10,694 nt of DNA, taken from contig JAWBAK010000003.1 of NCBI GenBank assembly GCA_038997165.1, positions 1 to 10,694 of the forward strand, in the 5' to 3' direction. The notes beneath the pieces were generated by a model, which was not told where the DNA came from, ran no database searches, and saw nothing but the letters and a program-made list of their open reading frames with translations. Of the stretch, positions 1 to 7,174 are shown in pieces. Numbering within the stretch: the stretch's first letter is position 1; every line of letters starts with the position of its first letter. A program made the translations under genes and the position numbers. This stretch comes from Candidatus Aenigmatarchaeota archaeon. Lineage in GTDB: Archaea > Aenigmatarchaeota > Aenigmatarchaeia > CG10238-14 > SpSt-28.

Positions 1-154
1 CTATTATTTTCTCTAAATCTTTATATACTAAAAAAATTTTTCCTTCTTTATTTAACAAAAAAATAAAATCATCTAGATTTATTTCTTCAATGCCGTATTC
101 CTTTGAAATTTCCCTTAATATTTGCAAAAGTTGTTGCTTATTAACTAATTTCAT
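1..154 (-). CDS. Partial ORF (5' part only, runs off the left edge); hypothetical, possibly the N-terminus of a NIP7/PUA-type RNA-binding protein
   Basis: Not in the ORF track. The ATG at 154-152 overlaps the rfcL stop (ATGA) and the frame stays open to the edge: MKLVNKQQLLQILREISKEYGIEEINLDDFIFLLNKEGKIFLVYKDLEKII. The product guess rests on recalled resemblance only. Confidence 0.7.
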   Translation of the reverse strand, partial: MKLVNKQQLLQILREISKEYGIEEINLDDFIFLLNKEGKIFLVYKDLEKII

Positions 155-1374
155 AAGTTCTTAATAGTCTCTATTATATAATCTATTTCTTCTTCTTTCA
201 ATCCAAAAGATTTCAAATACTCTCTAGCCACTTTTTCATTTATTTTTAAAAGAGAATAAACAATATTTATATACACTTCTCTAATTCTCTTTGTTGACGT
301 ATGTAATTTTTTCTTTAAATCTTTAATGATATTTTCCATTTTTTCTCTAGCTTCTTTACTTTTAGATAATCTTCTAAATAGTGTTGGCATCCTATATTTA
401 GTAAACTTCTTATAGGGTTGTTTCTTAGCTAATGCAACCCCTCCATACATTATTGTTGTATAATATTTCAAAAGATCCCAATACTGTCTTATATAAATTC
501 TCCCATAAAATATCCTTGCTTTACTCATCCAATCATAAGCTTCAAATATTTCCTCTATTTTTTCATATTCGTTAGATATGTTTTCTTCTATCCAGGCTTC
601 TATCTCTTCAGGATCCATATCTACATTAATAAATGCTGTTCTTGCAGAATTTAAAGTAGATGATTTGAAAAATTGTCCAAGAGCCTGAAATATTTGAATT
701 TCTCTATCTCTATAACCCAATATTGCAATATCGCTCATTGAAATTCTTTTTCTAAGATTTGCCAATGTTTGCAAGTCATTTATTGCGCTTCTTAAATCTC
801 CTTGCGCTCTCTGTGCTAATGTTTTTAGTACCTCGTCATCTATATCTAATTTTTCTGCTAAAGAAATTCTCTTAAGAGCCTTGAATATATCTGTCATAGA
901 TAATTTTTTAAATTCTACTAATTTGCACATATCTCTTAATTTTTTAAATTTAGGATCCCACGGGTCATTTGCTATAAGAATTACTGGCCATTTGGATTCT
1001 TCTATAATATTTATTATCGCTCCTATTCCTCCCCTGTCATAAAATCCAGCTAATCCATCAATTTCATCGATTAGTATAACTCTTCCTTTATAAAAAAATG
1101 TTTTTCCTTTTATAGCCTCATCTAAACGAGCATGAATTGCTCTAGCGGTTCTTACATCTGATGCGTTTACTTCAATGACTTCATAATTTAATTCATTTGC
1201 TATTGCATATACAGAGCTAGTTTTTCCAGTACCTGGTGGACCATACAGTAACAAAGCTTTTTTATCCCTTTGTTGCTTTAAAATAAATTCTTTTATTTCA
1301 TTAATGGCCTCTGTTTGATTTATAATTTCATAAGAATTTTTTGGAGCATATTTTTTTATCCACAAAATGTTCAT
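151..1374 (-). CDS. rfcL: Replication factor C large subunit (clamp loader, AAA+)
   Basis: WIKKYAP box, Walker A GPPGTGKT, EVNASDVR, Walker B ILIDEID, GDLRSAINDLQ, and archaeal RFC-L C-terminal features (WIEENI, RQYWDLLKY). Downstream of rfcS. Confidence 0.96.
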   Translation of the reverse strand: MNILWIKKYAPKNSYEIINQTEAINEIKEFILKQQRDKKALLLYGPPGTGKTSSVYAIANELNYEVIEVNASDVRTARAIHARLDEAIKGKTFFYKGRVILIDEIDGLAGFYDRGGIGAIINIIEESKWPVILIANDPWDPKFKKLRDMCKLVEFKKLSMTDIFKALKRISLAEKLDIDDEVLKTLAQRAQGDLRSAINDLQTLANLRKRISMSDIAILGYRDREIQIFQALGQFFKSSTLNSARTAFINVDMDPEEIEAWIEENISNEYEKIEEIFEAYDWMSKARIFYGRIYIRQYWDLLKYYTTIMYGGVALAKKQPYKKFTKYRMPTLFRRLSKSKEAREKMENIIKDLKKKLHTSTKRIREVYINIVYSLLKINEKVAREYLKSFGLKEEEIDYIIETIKNL

Positions 1375-1781
1375 TATTTGCTAAATAACCAATCTAATAT
1401 GCTTTTCCTTTCCTCAATTTTACATTCAGATACTGCAGAATATGTTTTATTATTTACTTCAAAATTTATTTTGACGAATACTTTTCCTCCTGTCTTAACA
1501 TTACTAATCTTACATACATCCATAGAATCTTTATACAGATTTGTTATTTCACATTTATTTTGCAAATTTATATCATAAATAACAATATTCTTTACATTGT
1601 CTTTTGCGGTAAGTATTACGATAGAAGTCTCATTACTATAAAAGCAATCTACAAATATGTATTTTTCATATGGTTTTGAAAATCTATAAGCTAGAAAGTT
1701 ATATAATAAATATAAAACAAAAACACTAAAGACAAAAATTGCTATCCAAATTAAAAATTTAGGAATTTTCGTTATATCCAT
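1374..1781 (-). CDS. Hypothetical single-pass membrane protein (135 aa)
   Basis: Hydrophobic segment at about aa 9-32 (FLIWIAIFVFSVFVLYLLYNFLAY), then a beta-rich-looking domain with 4 Cys and sequons NET and NKT. TAATG stop/start overlaps at both ends (1781 and 1374) support real translation. Confidence 0.85.
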   Translation of the reverse strand: MDITKIPKFLIWIAIFVFSVFVLYLLYNFLAYRFSKPYEKYIFVDCFYSNETSIVILTAKDNVKNIVIYDINLQNKCEITNLYKDSMDVCKISNVKTGGKVFVKINFEVNNKTYSAVSECKIEERKSILDWLFSK

Positions 1782-2743
1782 TACTTTTTAATTCCTTTTA
1801 ATCCCAAATAAGCTAGAAAAGCGCCGAGCTGCACCATTGGATTTCCTCCCTCCATTAATCTAAACTCTATCTCTCCAAGATAATAAAGAATTTCTAATTT
1901 TTCCTTATCTTCTAAATTTAAATTCATAACTTCTTTAGACAACAATTTTACTAAATCTTCTCCAGCCAAACCATATTTTATCATCAAGTCTATCATTTTT
2001 TCTCTAGCTTCAGCAAATCTTCCTAAATAAGCAAGATTCAAAATTTCTTGTAATTCTTTTGGTTTTGCAACGGAGGCAACTTCATAAATCATATCTGCTG
2101 TTATGTTTTTATTATAAATTGCTGCTGCTTGTAATATATTAATTGCTCTTCTCATGTCTCCTTCAGATATATAATATAAAGCCTCTAGAGCTTCTTCATC
2201 AATAATTAATTTTTCTCTTTCAGCAATATTTTTTAATATATCAAAAACTGCTTCCTTAGAGAGAGGTTTAAATCTAAATACTACTGTTCTTGATTGTATG
2301 GGTTCTATAATTTTTGATGAGTAATTGCAAGATAAAATAAATCTCGTAATTCCAGCATATTGTTCCATTATTCTTCTTAATGCTTGTTGAGCGTCTCTAG
2401 TCATAGCATCTGCTTCATCTAAAAATATTATTTTAAATGGAACGTCTCCTATTGGTTTTGTTTTTGCAAATTCTTTTACTTTTTCTCTGATTACATCTAT
2501 TCCTCTTTCATCAGAAGCATTTAATTCTAAGAAATTTGTTTTCCACTGTTCATCACCATATAATTCTCTAGCTAAAGCTAAAGCTGCAGTAGTTTTTCCA
2601 ACACCTGGGGGACCAGAAAATAGTAGATGTGGAAGATTTTTTTGTTCTACAAAAGCTCTTAGATGTTTTATTATTTCATCTTGTCCTTTAATTTCAGATA
2701 ATCTACGTGGCCTATATTTTTCCGTCCATATTTCATAAGTCAT
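1781..2743 (-). CDS. rfcS: Replication factor C small subunit
   Basis: [33 protein letters not shown], Walker [19 protein letters not shown] (SRC-type Arg finger), GDMRRAIN. 320 aa with no intein. Confidence 0.98.
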   Translation of the reverse strand: MTYEIWTEKYRPRRLSEIKGQDEIIKHLRAFVEQKNLPHLLFSGPPGVGKTTAALALARELYGDEQWKTNFLELNASDERGIDVIREKVKEFAKTKPIGDVPFKIIFLDEADAMTRDAQQALRRIMEQYAGITRFILSCNYSSKIIEPIQSRTVVFRFKPLSKEAVFDILKNIAEREKLIIDEEALEALYYISEGDMRRAINILQAAAIYNKNITADMIYEVASVAKPKELQEILNLAYLGRFAEAREKMIDLMIKYGLAGEDLVKLLSKEVMNLNLEDKEKLEILYYLGEIEFRLMEGGNPMVQLGAFLAYLGLKGIKK

Positions 2744-2777
2744 AAATATATTTTAATTTACAGATATATAAAAATTG
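2744..2777. promoter_or_regulatory. Divergent promoter region rfcS/tatD
   Basis: 34-bp gap. Minus-strand TTTATATA at 2772-2765 lies at -29..-22 from the rfcS ATG. Plus-strand TTTTAA at 2751-2756 lies at -27..-22 from the ATG at 2778. The AT-rich background lowers specificity. Confidence 0.55.
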
Positions 2778-3542
2778 ATGATTATAGATGTCCATTCCCA
2801 TTTGTTTATGTATAATGAATTAGATAAACGAATAAATGAAAACTTAGAAAAAAATGTTAAAATAATTATTGAAAATGGTCTAAATACTAAAACAAATAAA
2901 AAAGTAATTGAAGAAAGCAAAAAATATAATATTATCTATTACGCACTGGGTTTTCATCCGGTAGATATAGTTAGATCACCCGAAAATGAAATAGAAGAAG
3001 TTATAGAATTCATATTAAAAAATAAAGATGAAAAATTTATCGCCATCGGAGAAATAGGATTAGATTTTTATTGGGTAAAAGATGAGAAATTGTTAAAAAA
3101 AGAGATTTTTTGGTTCGAAAAATTTTTAGAGATTGCTGAAAAAATTAATAAGCCAGTAATATTACATTCTAGAAAAGCTGAAAAAGAAACAATTGAAATA
3201 TCGAAAAATTACAAATGTAAAAAAATTTTACATTCTTTTTGGAATATAGAATTAGTAAAATCTGCAATAGAAAATGAATTCTATTTTTCTATACCGGCTT
3301 TCGTTTATAAAGATAAATATCTTCAGAAAATAGCAGAAAAAATACCTATAGATCTCATTTTAACTGAAACTGATTCTCCATTTTTAGATCCAATTGGAAA
3401 AAGAGAAAATAATTCCTGGAAAATAATATATGGTTTAGAAATGCTATCAAAAATAAAAAATATAGATAAAGATGAACTAGCTGCTAATATTGCTAAAAAT
3501 TTTGAAAAAATTTTTAATATAAAACTATTTAAATCTGATTAA
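2778..3542 (+). CDS. tatD: TatD-family metal-dependent hydrolase/DNase
   Basis: IIDVHSH (HxH), GFHP, IGEIGLD, ILHSR, LHSF, ETDSPF. The ATG at 2778 is preferred over the TTG at 2775. Confidence 0.95.
   Translation: MIIDVHSHLFMYNELDKRINENLEKNVKIIIENGLNTKTNKKVIEESKKYNIIYYALGFHPVDIVRSPENEIEEVIEFILKNKDEKFIAIGEIGLDFYWVKDEKLLKKEIFWFEKFLEIAEKINKPVILHSRKAEKETIEISKNYKCKKILHSFWNIELVKSAIENEFYFSIPAFVYKDKYLQKIAEKIPIDLILTETDSPFLDPIGKRENNSWKIIYGLEMLSKIKNIDKDELAANIAKNFEKIFNIKLFKSD
3521..3533 (+). promoter_or_regulatory. Putative BRE/TATA promoter of tRNA-Arg inside the tatD 3' end
   Basis: AAAACTATTTAAA, with TTTAAA at 3528-3533 (-30..-25 from tRNA G1 at 3558). Confidence 0.55.
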
Positions 3543-3557
3543 CAATTTATGAAAAAT

Positions 3558-3632
3558 GGGCCCGTAGCTCAGCTTGGATAGAGCGACGGCCTTCTAAGCC
3601 GTAGGTCCGGGGTTCAAATCCCCGCGGGCCCG
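3558..3632 (+). tRNA. tRNA-Arg(UCU), intronless, CCA not encoded
   Basis: Acceptor GGGCCCG/CGGGCCC, D-arm GCTC/GAGC with A20, anticodon stem ACGGC/GCCGT, loop CTTCTAA (TCT at 3593-3595), T-arm CGGGG-TTCAAAT-CCCCG, discriminator G. Confidence 0.98.
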
Positions 3633-3839
3633 TTAACCGCCTGAAACAGCATCAAAAATCTTTATATAATCGTTATTATTTATAATTTCATCTTCAGTAA
3701 CAATTTCCCCGTTTTTTATTACTACTACTCTAGACCAATCAATATTTAAATTATCCAAAAGTTCTCTAACTGTTTTTCCATTAAATTCTATCTCAAATTC
3801 CTTCATATCTCTTTCTATAAATACTTTTATTTTCTTCAT
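3633..3839 (-). CDS. Ubiquitin-like small protein, ThiS/MoaD/SAMP (TtuB-like) family
   Basis: 68 aa with beta-grasp signature KTVRELLDNL, VVVIKNGEIV, DYIKIF and a C-terminal diglycine (AVSGG). Confidence 0.92.
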   Translation of the reverse strand: MKKIKVFIERDMKEFEIEFNGKTVRELLDNLNIDWSRVVVIKNGEIVTEDEIINNNDYIKIFDAVSGG

Positions 3840-3876
3840 AAAAAACTAAAATGGTTATAGATTAATATATTTTTAT

Positions 3877-3961
3877 GCCGCGGTGCCCGAGTGGACCAAG
3901 GGGTCTGGCTGGAGACCAGATCCCCGAAAAGGGGGCGAGGGTTCGAATCCCTCCCGCGGCG
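3877..3961 (+). tRNA. tRNA-Ser(GGA), long variable arm, intronless, CCA not encoded
   Basis: Acceptor GCCGCGG/CCGCGGC, anticodon stem TCTGG/CCAGA, loop CTGGAGA (GGA at 3911-3913), variable arm CCCC-GAAAA-GGGG, T-arm GAGGG-TTCGAAT-CCCTC, discriminator G. Confidence 0.98.
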
Positions 3962-3964
3962 AAC

Positions 3965-3978
3965 TTTTTTACAAAAAA
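3965..3978 (+). terminator. Putative oligo-T terminator after tRNA-Ser (T6-AC-A6)
   Basis: TTTTTT begins 3 nt after the discriminator. The following A6 is a T-tract on the opposite strand. Confidence 0.5.
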
Positions 3979-4072
3979 TCCTTATTAGGTTACTTTAAAA
4001 GATAGAAATTAAATAGCTTATTTAGCAATATAATGATAGTATTTTATGTATTTCCGAAATTATAACATAATA

Positions 4073-5389
4073 ATGACGAAGAATATTATTAAAGAATTTG
4101 TATTATATCTTTTGACAATATTATTCATAACAGCGTTATTTATAACAATTTATTTTTTTGACATTATTAAAAAAATAGAAATTGTTGAGAGATGTATATA
4201 TATCCCTGCTGTCTCTGGAAATAGAGGAGTAATTACTATGTTTTGTTTAAAAGTTATAAAAGGTGCTGGAAGGGTTTTCATAGAGATTCCAAATGTTTTT
4301 TCTTCTAATTATCAACTATCATTTGCTATAGCTAAGTTAGCAGCTTGCAAATTATTGGAAAATTGTAATTTATATGATTATTTATTTTATACAAAAGATT
4401 ATTTCATTGGTGAAGGTTTTTCTGGAACTGCAGGACTTGCAACCTTAATAGTATCTTATTTTTATTTACCAAACAAGAACTTTCTTAATAACATATCTGT
4501 AACTGGTTTTATATTACCAAATGGTCTAATATTTCCTGTAAGTGGAATTAAAGAAAAATTGGAAGCATCAAAGCTAAAAAATTTAACTCTTTTAGCACCA
4601 TCAAACTATTCTAATGAGATAATACAAATCTATACTATATTAGATATAGCAAAACTGTTAAGAAGCGATATAAAAAAACATTTAAAAAAATTTGAGATTC
4701 CAAAAGAATACTTCGATGTGTTAAAAGAAATAGCACTAGATATTTGCAAAGATATTGATGATAGAGATATAGATGCATTTATTAAAAATAGTTCTTTTTA
4801 TACTGCAGCTAGTCTATGTTTTATTAAAAAGTCGGAAGAATATAAAATTAGCAATATATCTTTAGCTGATTTAGAAAGTGAAATAGCTGAGTTAGAAAAA
4901 TTATTGATAAACTATAAATGTAATAGCTATAATTGTGAGGAGCTTAAATTTCAAGCTCTACTAAGAATTAATATGAGCAAAGAAATATTGGATTTAAATA
5001 AAAAATATTGGAGATTCTATACTGCGAAGGGATGGTATAAAATGCTTGAAAAATTAAAAGATATCGAAAGAAAAGATACTTGTAAAATTATAGAAGAGGA
5101 TTACAAAATTATGGGATACATCCTTAATAAAGATTTTTCTCAAGAAATCTCTTGTTTCGAAAAAAGAGAACTTTTGTCAAGAATATACTATGAATTTCTT
5201 TTAAATTATGATATAGATATAAGTTTATTTTTGGACAGTGTAGAGAACTATTTAAACTATTTATATGAAAAAAATGGTTTTTCTATCACATCCTATAATT
5301 ATTTCGTATATGGTAGGGATTTAATTAATATGGGTAAAATAAGTGATGGAATTTTATATCTTATTTATGCAGTAAATTATGCAATTTAA
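4073..5389 (+). CDS. Membrane-anchored S16 (Lon proteolytic domain) serine protease without ATPase domain, COG1750-like
   Basis: N-terminal TM, IPAVS..G, GAGRVFI, GEGFSG (equivalent of DGPSA; Ser codon 4421-4423), SVTGFILPNG, PVSGIKEK (Lys codon 4556-4558), and a helical C-terminal region. The start could be 4046 (ORF track) or 4073; 4073 is preferred because TTTTAT at 4042-4047 is at promoter distance. Confidence 0.8.
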   Translation: MTKNIIKEFVLYLLTILFITALFITIYFFDIIKKIEIVERCIYIPAVSGNRGVITMFCLKVIKGAGRVFIEIPNVFSSNYQLSFAIAKLAACKLLENCNLYDYLFYTKDYFIGEGFSGTAGLATLIVSYFYLPNKNFLNNISVTGFILPNGLIFPVSGIKEKLEASKLKNLTLLAPSNYSNEIIQIYTILDIAKLLRSDIKKHLKKFEIPKEYFDVLKEIALDICKDIDDRDIDAFIKNSSFYTAASLCFIKKSEEYKISNISLADLESEIAELEKLLINYKCNSYNCEELKFQALLRINMSKEILDLNKKYWRFYTAKGWYKMLEKLKDIERKDTCKIIEEDYKIMGYILNKDFSQEISCFEKRELLSRIYYEFLLNYDIDISLFLDSVENYLNYLYEKNGFSITSYNYFVYGRDLINMGKISDGILYLIYAVNYAI

Positions 5390-6527
5390 GGAAATAAAAA
5401 TAAAAGAAAAAGTAAAAAGGGCAATAAAATCTGGTAAACAGGTTTTTTCTACAAATTCGATAAAAAAAATAGAAGGAAAGTCTGGCGATTTAGTAAAACT
5501 TATGTATGGAAATTCTTTTGTTGCTTGGGCTACTATTAATCTCTTAGATCCAAAACATTATATAAGAATTCTTTCTTATGAAGAAAACTATGAACCTGTT
5601 GATGATTTAAAGAAAAAAATTAAAGAGGCCAAAAAATTTAGAGAAAAAATTGGATATAAAAATCATTTTAGACTTCTTTATTCTGAATCTGATTTTGTTT
5701 CTGGATTAATAATTGATAAGTATAATGAAATATATGTTTTACAAAATGTAAATCCTTTTTTTGATAAAAATATAGAATTTGTCAAAGAGGCATTAATTGA
5801 ATGTGAAGGAAAAAATATAACAATATATGAAAAAAGTATAGGAAAAAATAGAGAAATTGCTAGATTAAAACCTGTAGAAAGGTTTCTTTATGGAGAAAAC
5901 TATGAAACTATTATAGAAGAATGTAATAAAAATTTTTTTGTAAACATAATATTAGGACAAAAAACAGGATGGTTCTTGGATCAAAGAGAAAACAGAAAAA
6001 TACTATCAAATTTGCATGCTGAAAATGTTTTAGATGTATTTTCATATTCTGGATCTTTAGGAATTTGTGTAAATTCTGATAAAAAAACATTCATAGAAAA
6101 AAATAAAAATGCTGTAGAACTATTAAAAAAGAATTTAGAAATAAATAAGATAGAAAATTTCTCTATATATTGTGATAATGCTTATAATGTATTAAAAAAT
6201 TTAACTAAAGAAAAAAAGAAGTACGATATTGTAATTTTAGACCCTCCAGATTTATTAAGTGAAGGATATGAAAAGGGAATTAAAAATATTACAATAATAA
6301 ATGCTATGGCAATAGATTTAATAGATGAAGGATTTTTAATTACCTTTTCTTGTTCTCAAGATTTAAAAGAAAATAAATTTTTATCTATTCTTAAAACAAT
6401 AATAAGAAGAAAAAACAAAAAATTTGAAATTGTAAAAAGATTGGGACAAGCTCTAGATCATAAAATAATTCATCCACATAAAGAATTAGAATATTTAAAA
6501 GGATTTATAATAGAAATAAAAAGTTAA
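5379..6527 (+). CDS. RlmI/COG1092-like SAM-dependent RNA (m5C) methyltransferase with N-terminal PUA-like domain
   Basis: RLLYSESDFVSGLIIDKY, GQKTGWFLDQRENR, VLDVFSYSGSLG, DIVILDPP, TFSCS (catalytic Cys), DH...YLKG. 11-bp overlap with the upstream gene. The substrate is not determinable from sequence. Confidence 0.92.
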   Translation: MQFKEIKIKEKVKRAIKSGKQVFSTNSIKKIEGKSGDLVKLMYGNSFVAWATINLLDPKHYIRILSYEENYEPVDDLKKKIKEAKKFREKIGYKNHFRLLYSESDFVSGLIIDKYNEIYVLQNVNPFFDKNIEFVKEALIECEGKNITIYEKSIGKNREIARLKPVERFLYGENYETIIEECNKNFFVNIILGQKTGWFLDQRENRKILSNLHAENVLDVFSYSGSLGICVNSDKKTFIEKNKNAVELLKKNLEINKIENFSIYCDNAYNVLKNLTKEKKKYDIVILDPPDLLSEGYEKGIKNITIINAMAIDLIDEGFLITFSCSQDLKENKFLSILKTIIRRKNKKFEIVKRLGQALDHKIIHPHKELEYLKGFIIEIKS

Positions 6528-7117
6528 GATTTTTTAGCTTCCTCCAATCTTATTAACCTTCTTATTTCTACTTTGTCAATTGGAAAAATTTTGTTAAGTA
6601 TTGTTTTAAGTTCATCTTGAATTTCATAATTTATTATTTTGTTAATCAAATCGTAAAATTCTAAACTTTGAATTCTATTTTGCAAAAATTCTTTACATGT
6701 TTTTCTTATACTGGTTTTTTGTTTCCTATTTGCCTTATATCTTGTAATAATAAGGGGTTTTATTCTAATATTTATATTATCTATGGTCTTTACAATAAAA
6801 GAATCGTCTATTCTAGATGTCCCTTTTTTAACTATTCTTCTTACATACGCTTCATATAATGCGAGTTCTTTTAGTTCAGTATAATATTTCCCACCAGAAA
6901 AAGATACAATTTTAAATATAGCTTTATAATTTTGATATTTAAAATTTCCTGTTAAAAATGCTAAATTTAAATCAATGGTTCTATTAATTGCTTTATTTTC
7001 CTCCTCTTTATTTACTATTGTCTCTCCTAATAAAACACCCCCAAATACTTTTTGAGGAGCATATACTTCTATCCAAACTTTTTTTGACCAGTCAGCATAT
7101 TTTTTATTATATGCCAT
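6524..7117 (-). CDS. rps3ae: 30S ribosomal protein S3ae (eS1)
   Basis: W.KK.W..VYAP..FG...LGET, NRTI, LTGNF, YVRRIVKKGTSRID, VKTID, KIFPI..VEIRR. It converges on the methyltransferase with a shared TTAA (6524-6527) providing both stop codons. Confidence 0.95.
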   Translation of the reverse strand: MAYNKKYADWSKKVWIEVYAPQKVFGGVLLGETIVNKEEENKAINRTIDLNLAFLTGNFKYQNYKAIFKIVSFSGGKYYTELKELALYEAYVRRIVKKGTSRIDDSFIVKTIDNINIRIKPLIITRYKANRKQKTSIRKTCKEFLQNRIQSLEFYDLINKIINYEIQDELKTILNKIFPIDKVEIRRLIRLEEAKKS

Positions 7118-7138
7118 TTATACAATCATTAATAAATA

Positions 7139-7150
7139 ATTTTTAAAAAT
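7139..7150. promoter_or_regulatory. Palindromic TATA element between divergent rps3ae and leuS
   Basis: Perfect palindrome ATTTTTAAAAAT. The TTTAAA core (7142-7147) is at -30..-25 from the rps3ae ATG and -33..-28 from the leuS ATG. Confidence 0.55.
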
Positions 7151-7174
7151 ATGTTCTAGTTATAATTTAAAAAT

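Noticed and set aside
1315..1578. 87-aa plus-strand ORF
   Set aside because: It is antisense to rfcL and the coupled 135-aa ORF, starts at TTG and has no motifs, so it is a shadow ORF.
1781..2743. Intein in rfcS, a common intein host
   Set aside because: The length is normal at 320 aa and the motifs are uninterrupted.
2776..2781. TGATGA C-box at the tatD start
   Set aside because: It coincides with the TTG ATG ATT start codons and has no D-box at a suitable distance.
3962..4072. Hidden ncRNA or C/D box sRNA in the largest intergenic gap
   Set aside because: It is very AT-rich with no stable stem. There is only a degenerate C-box-like ATGATAG and no CTGA, and a terminator plus promoter explain the gap.
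6668..6859. 63-aa plus-strand ORF
   Set aside because: It lies entirely antisense within rps3ae and has no recognisable features.
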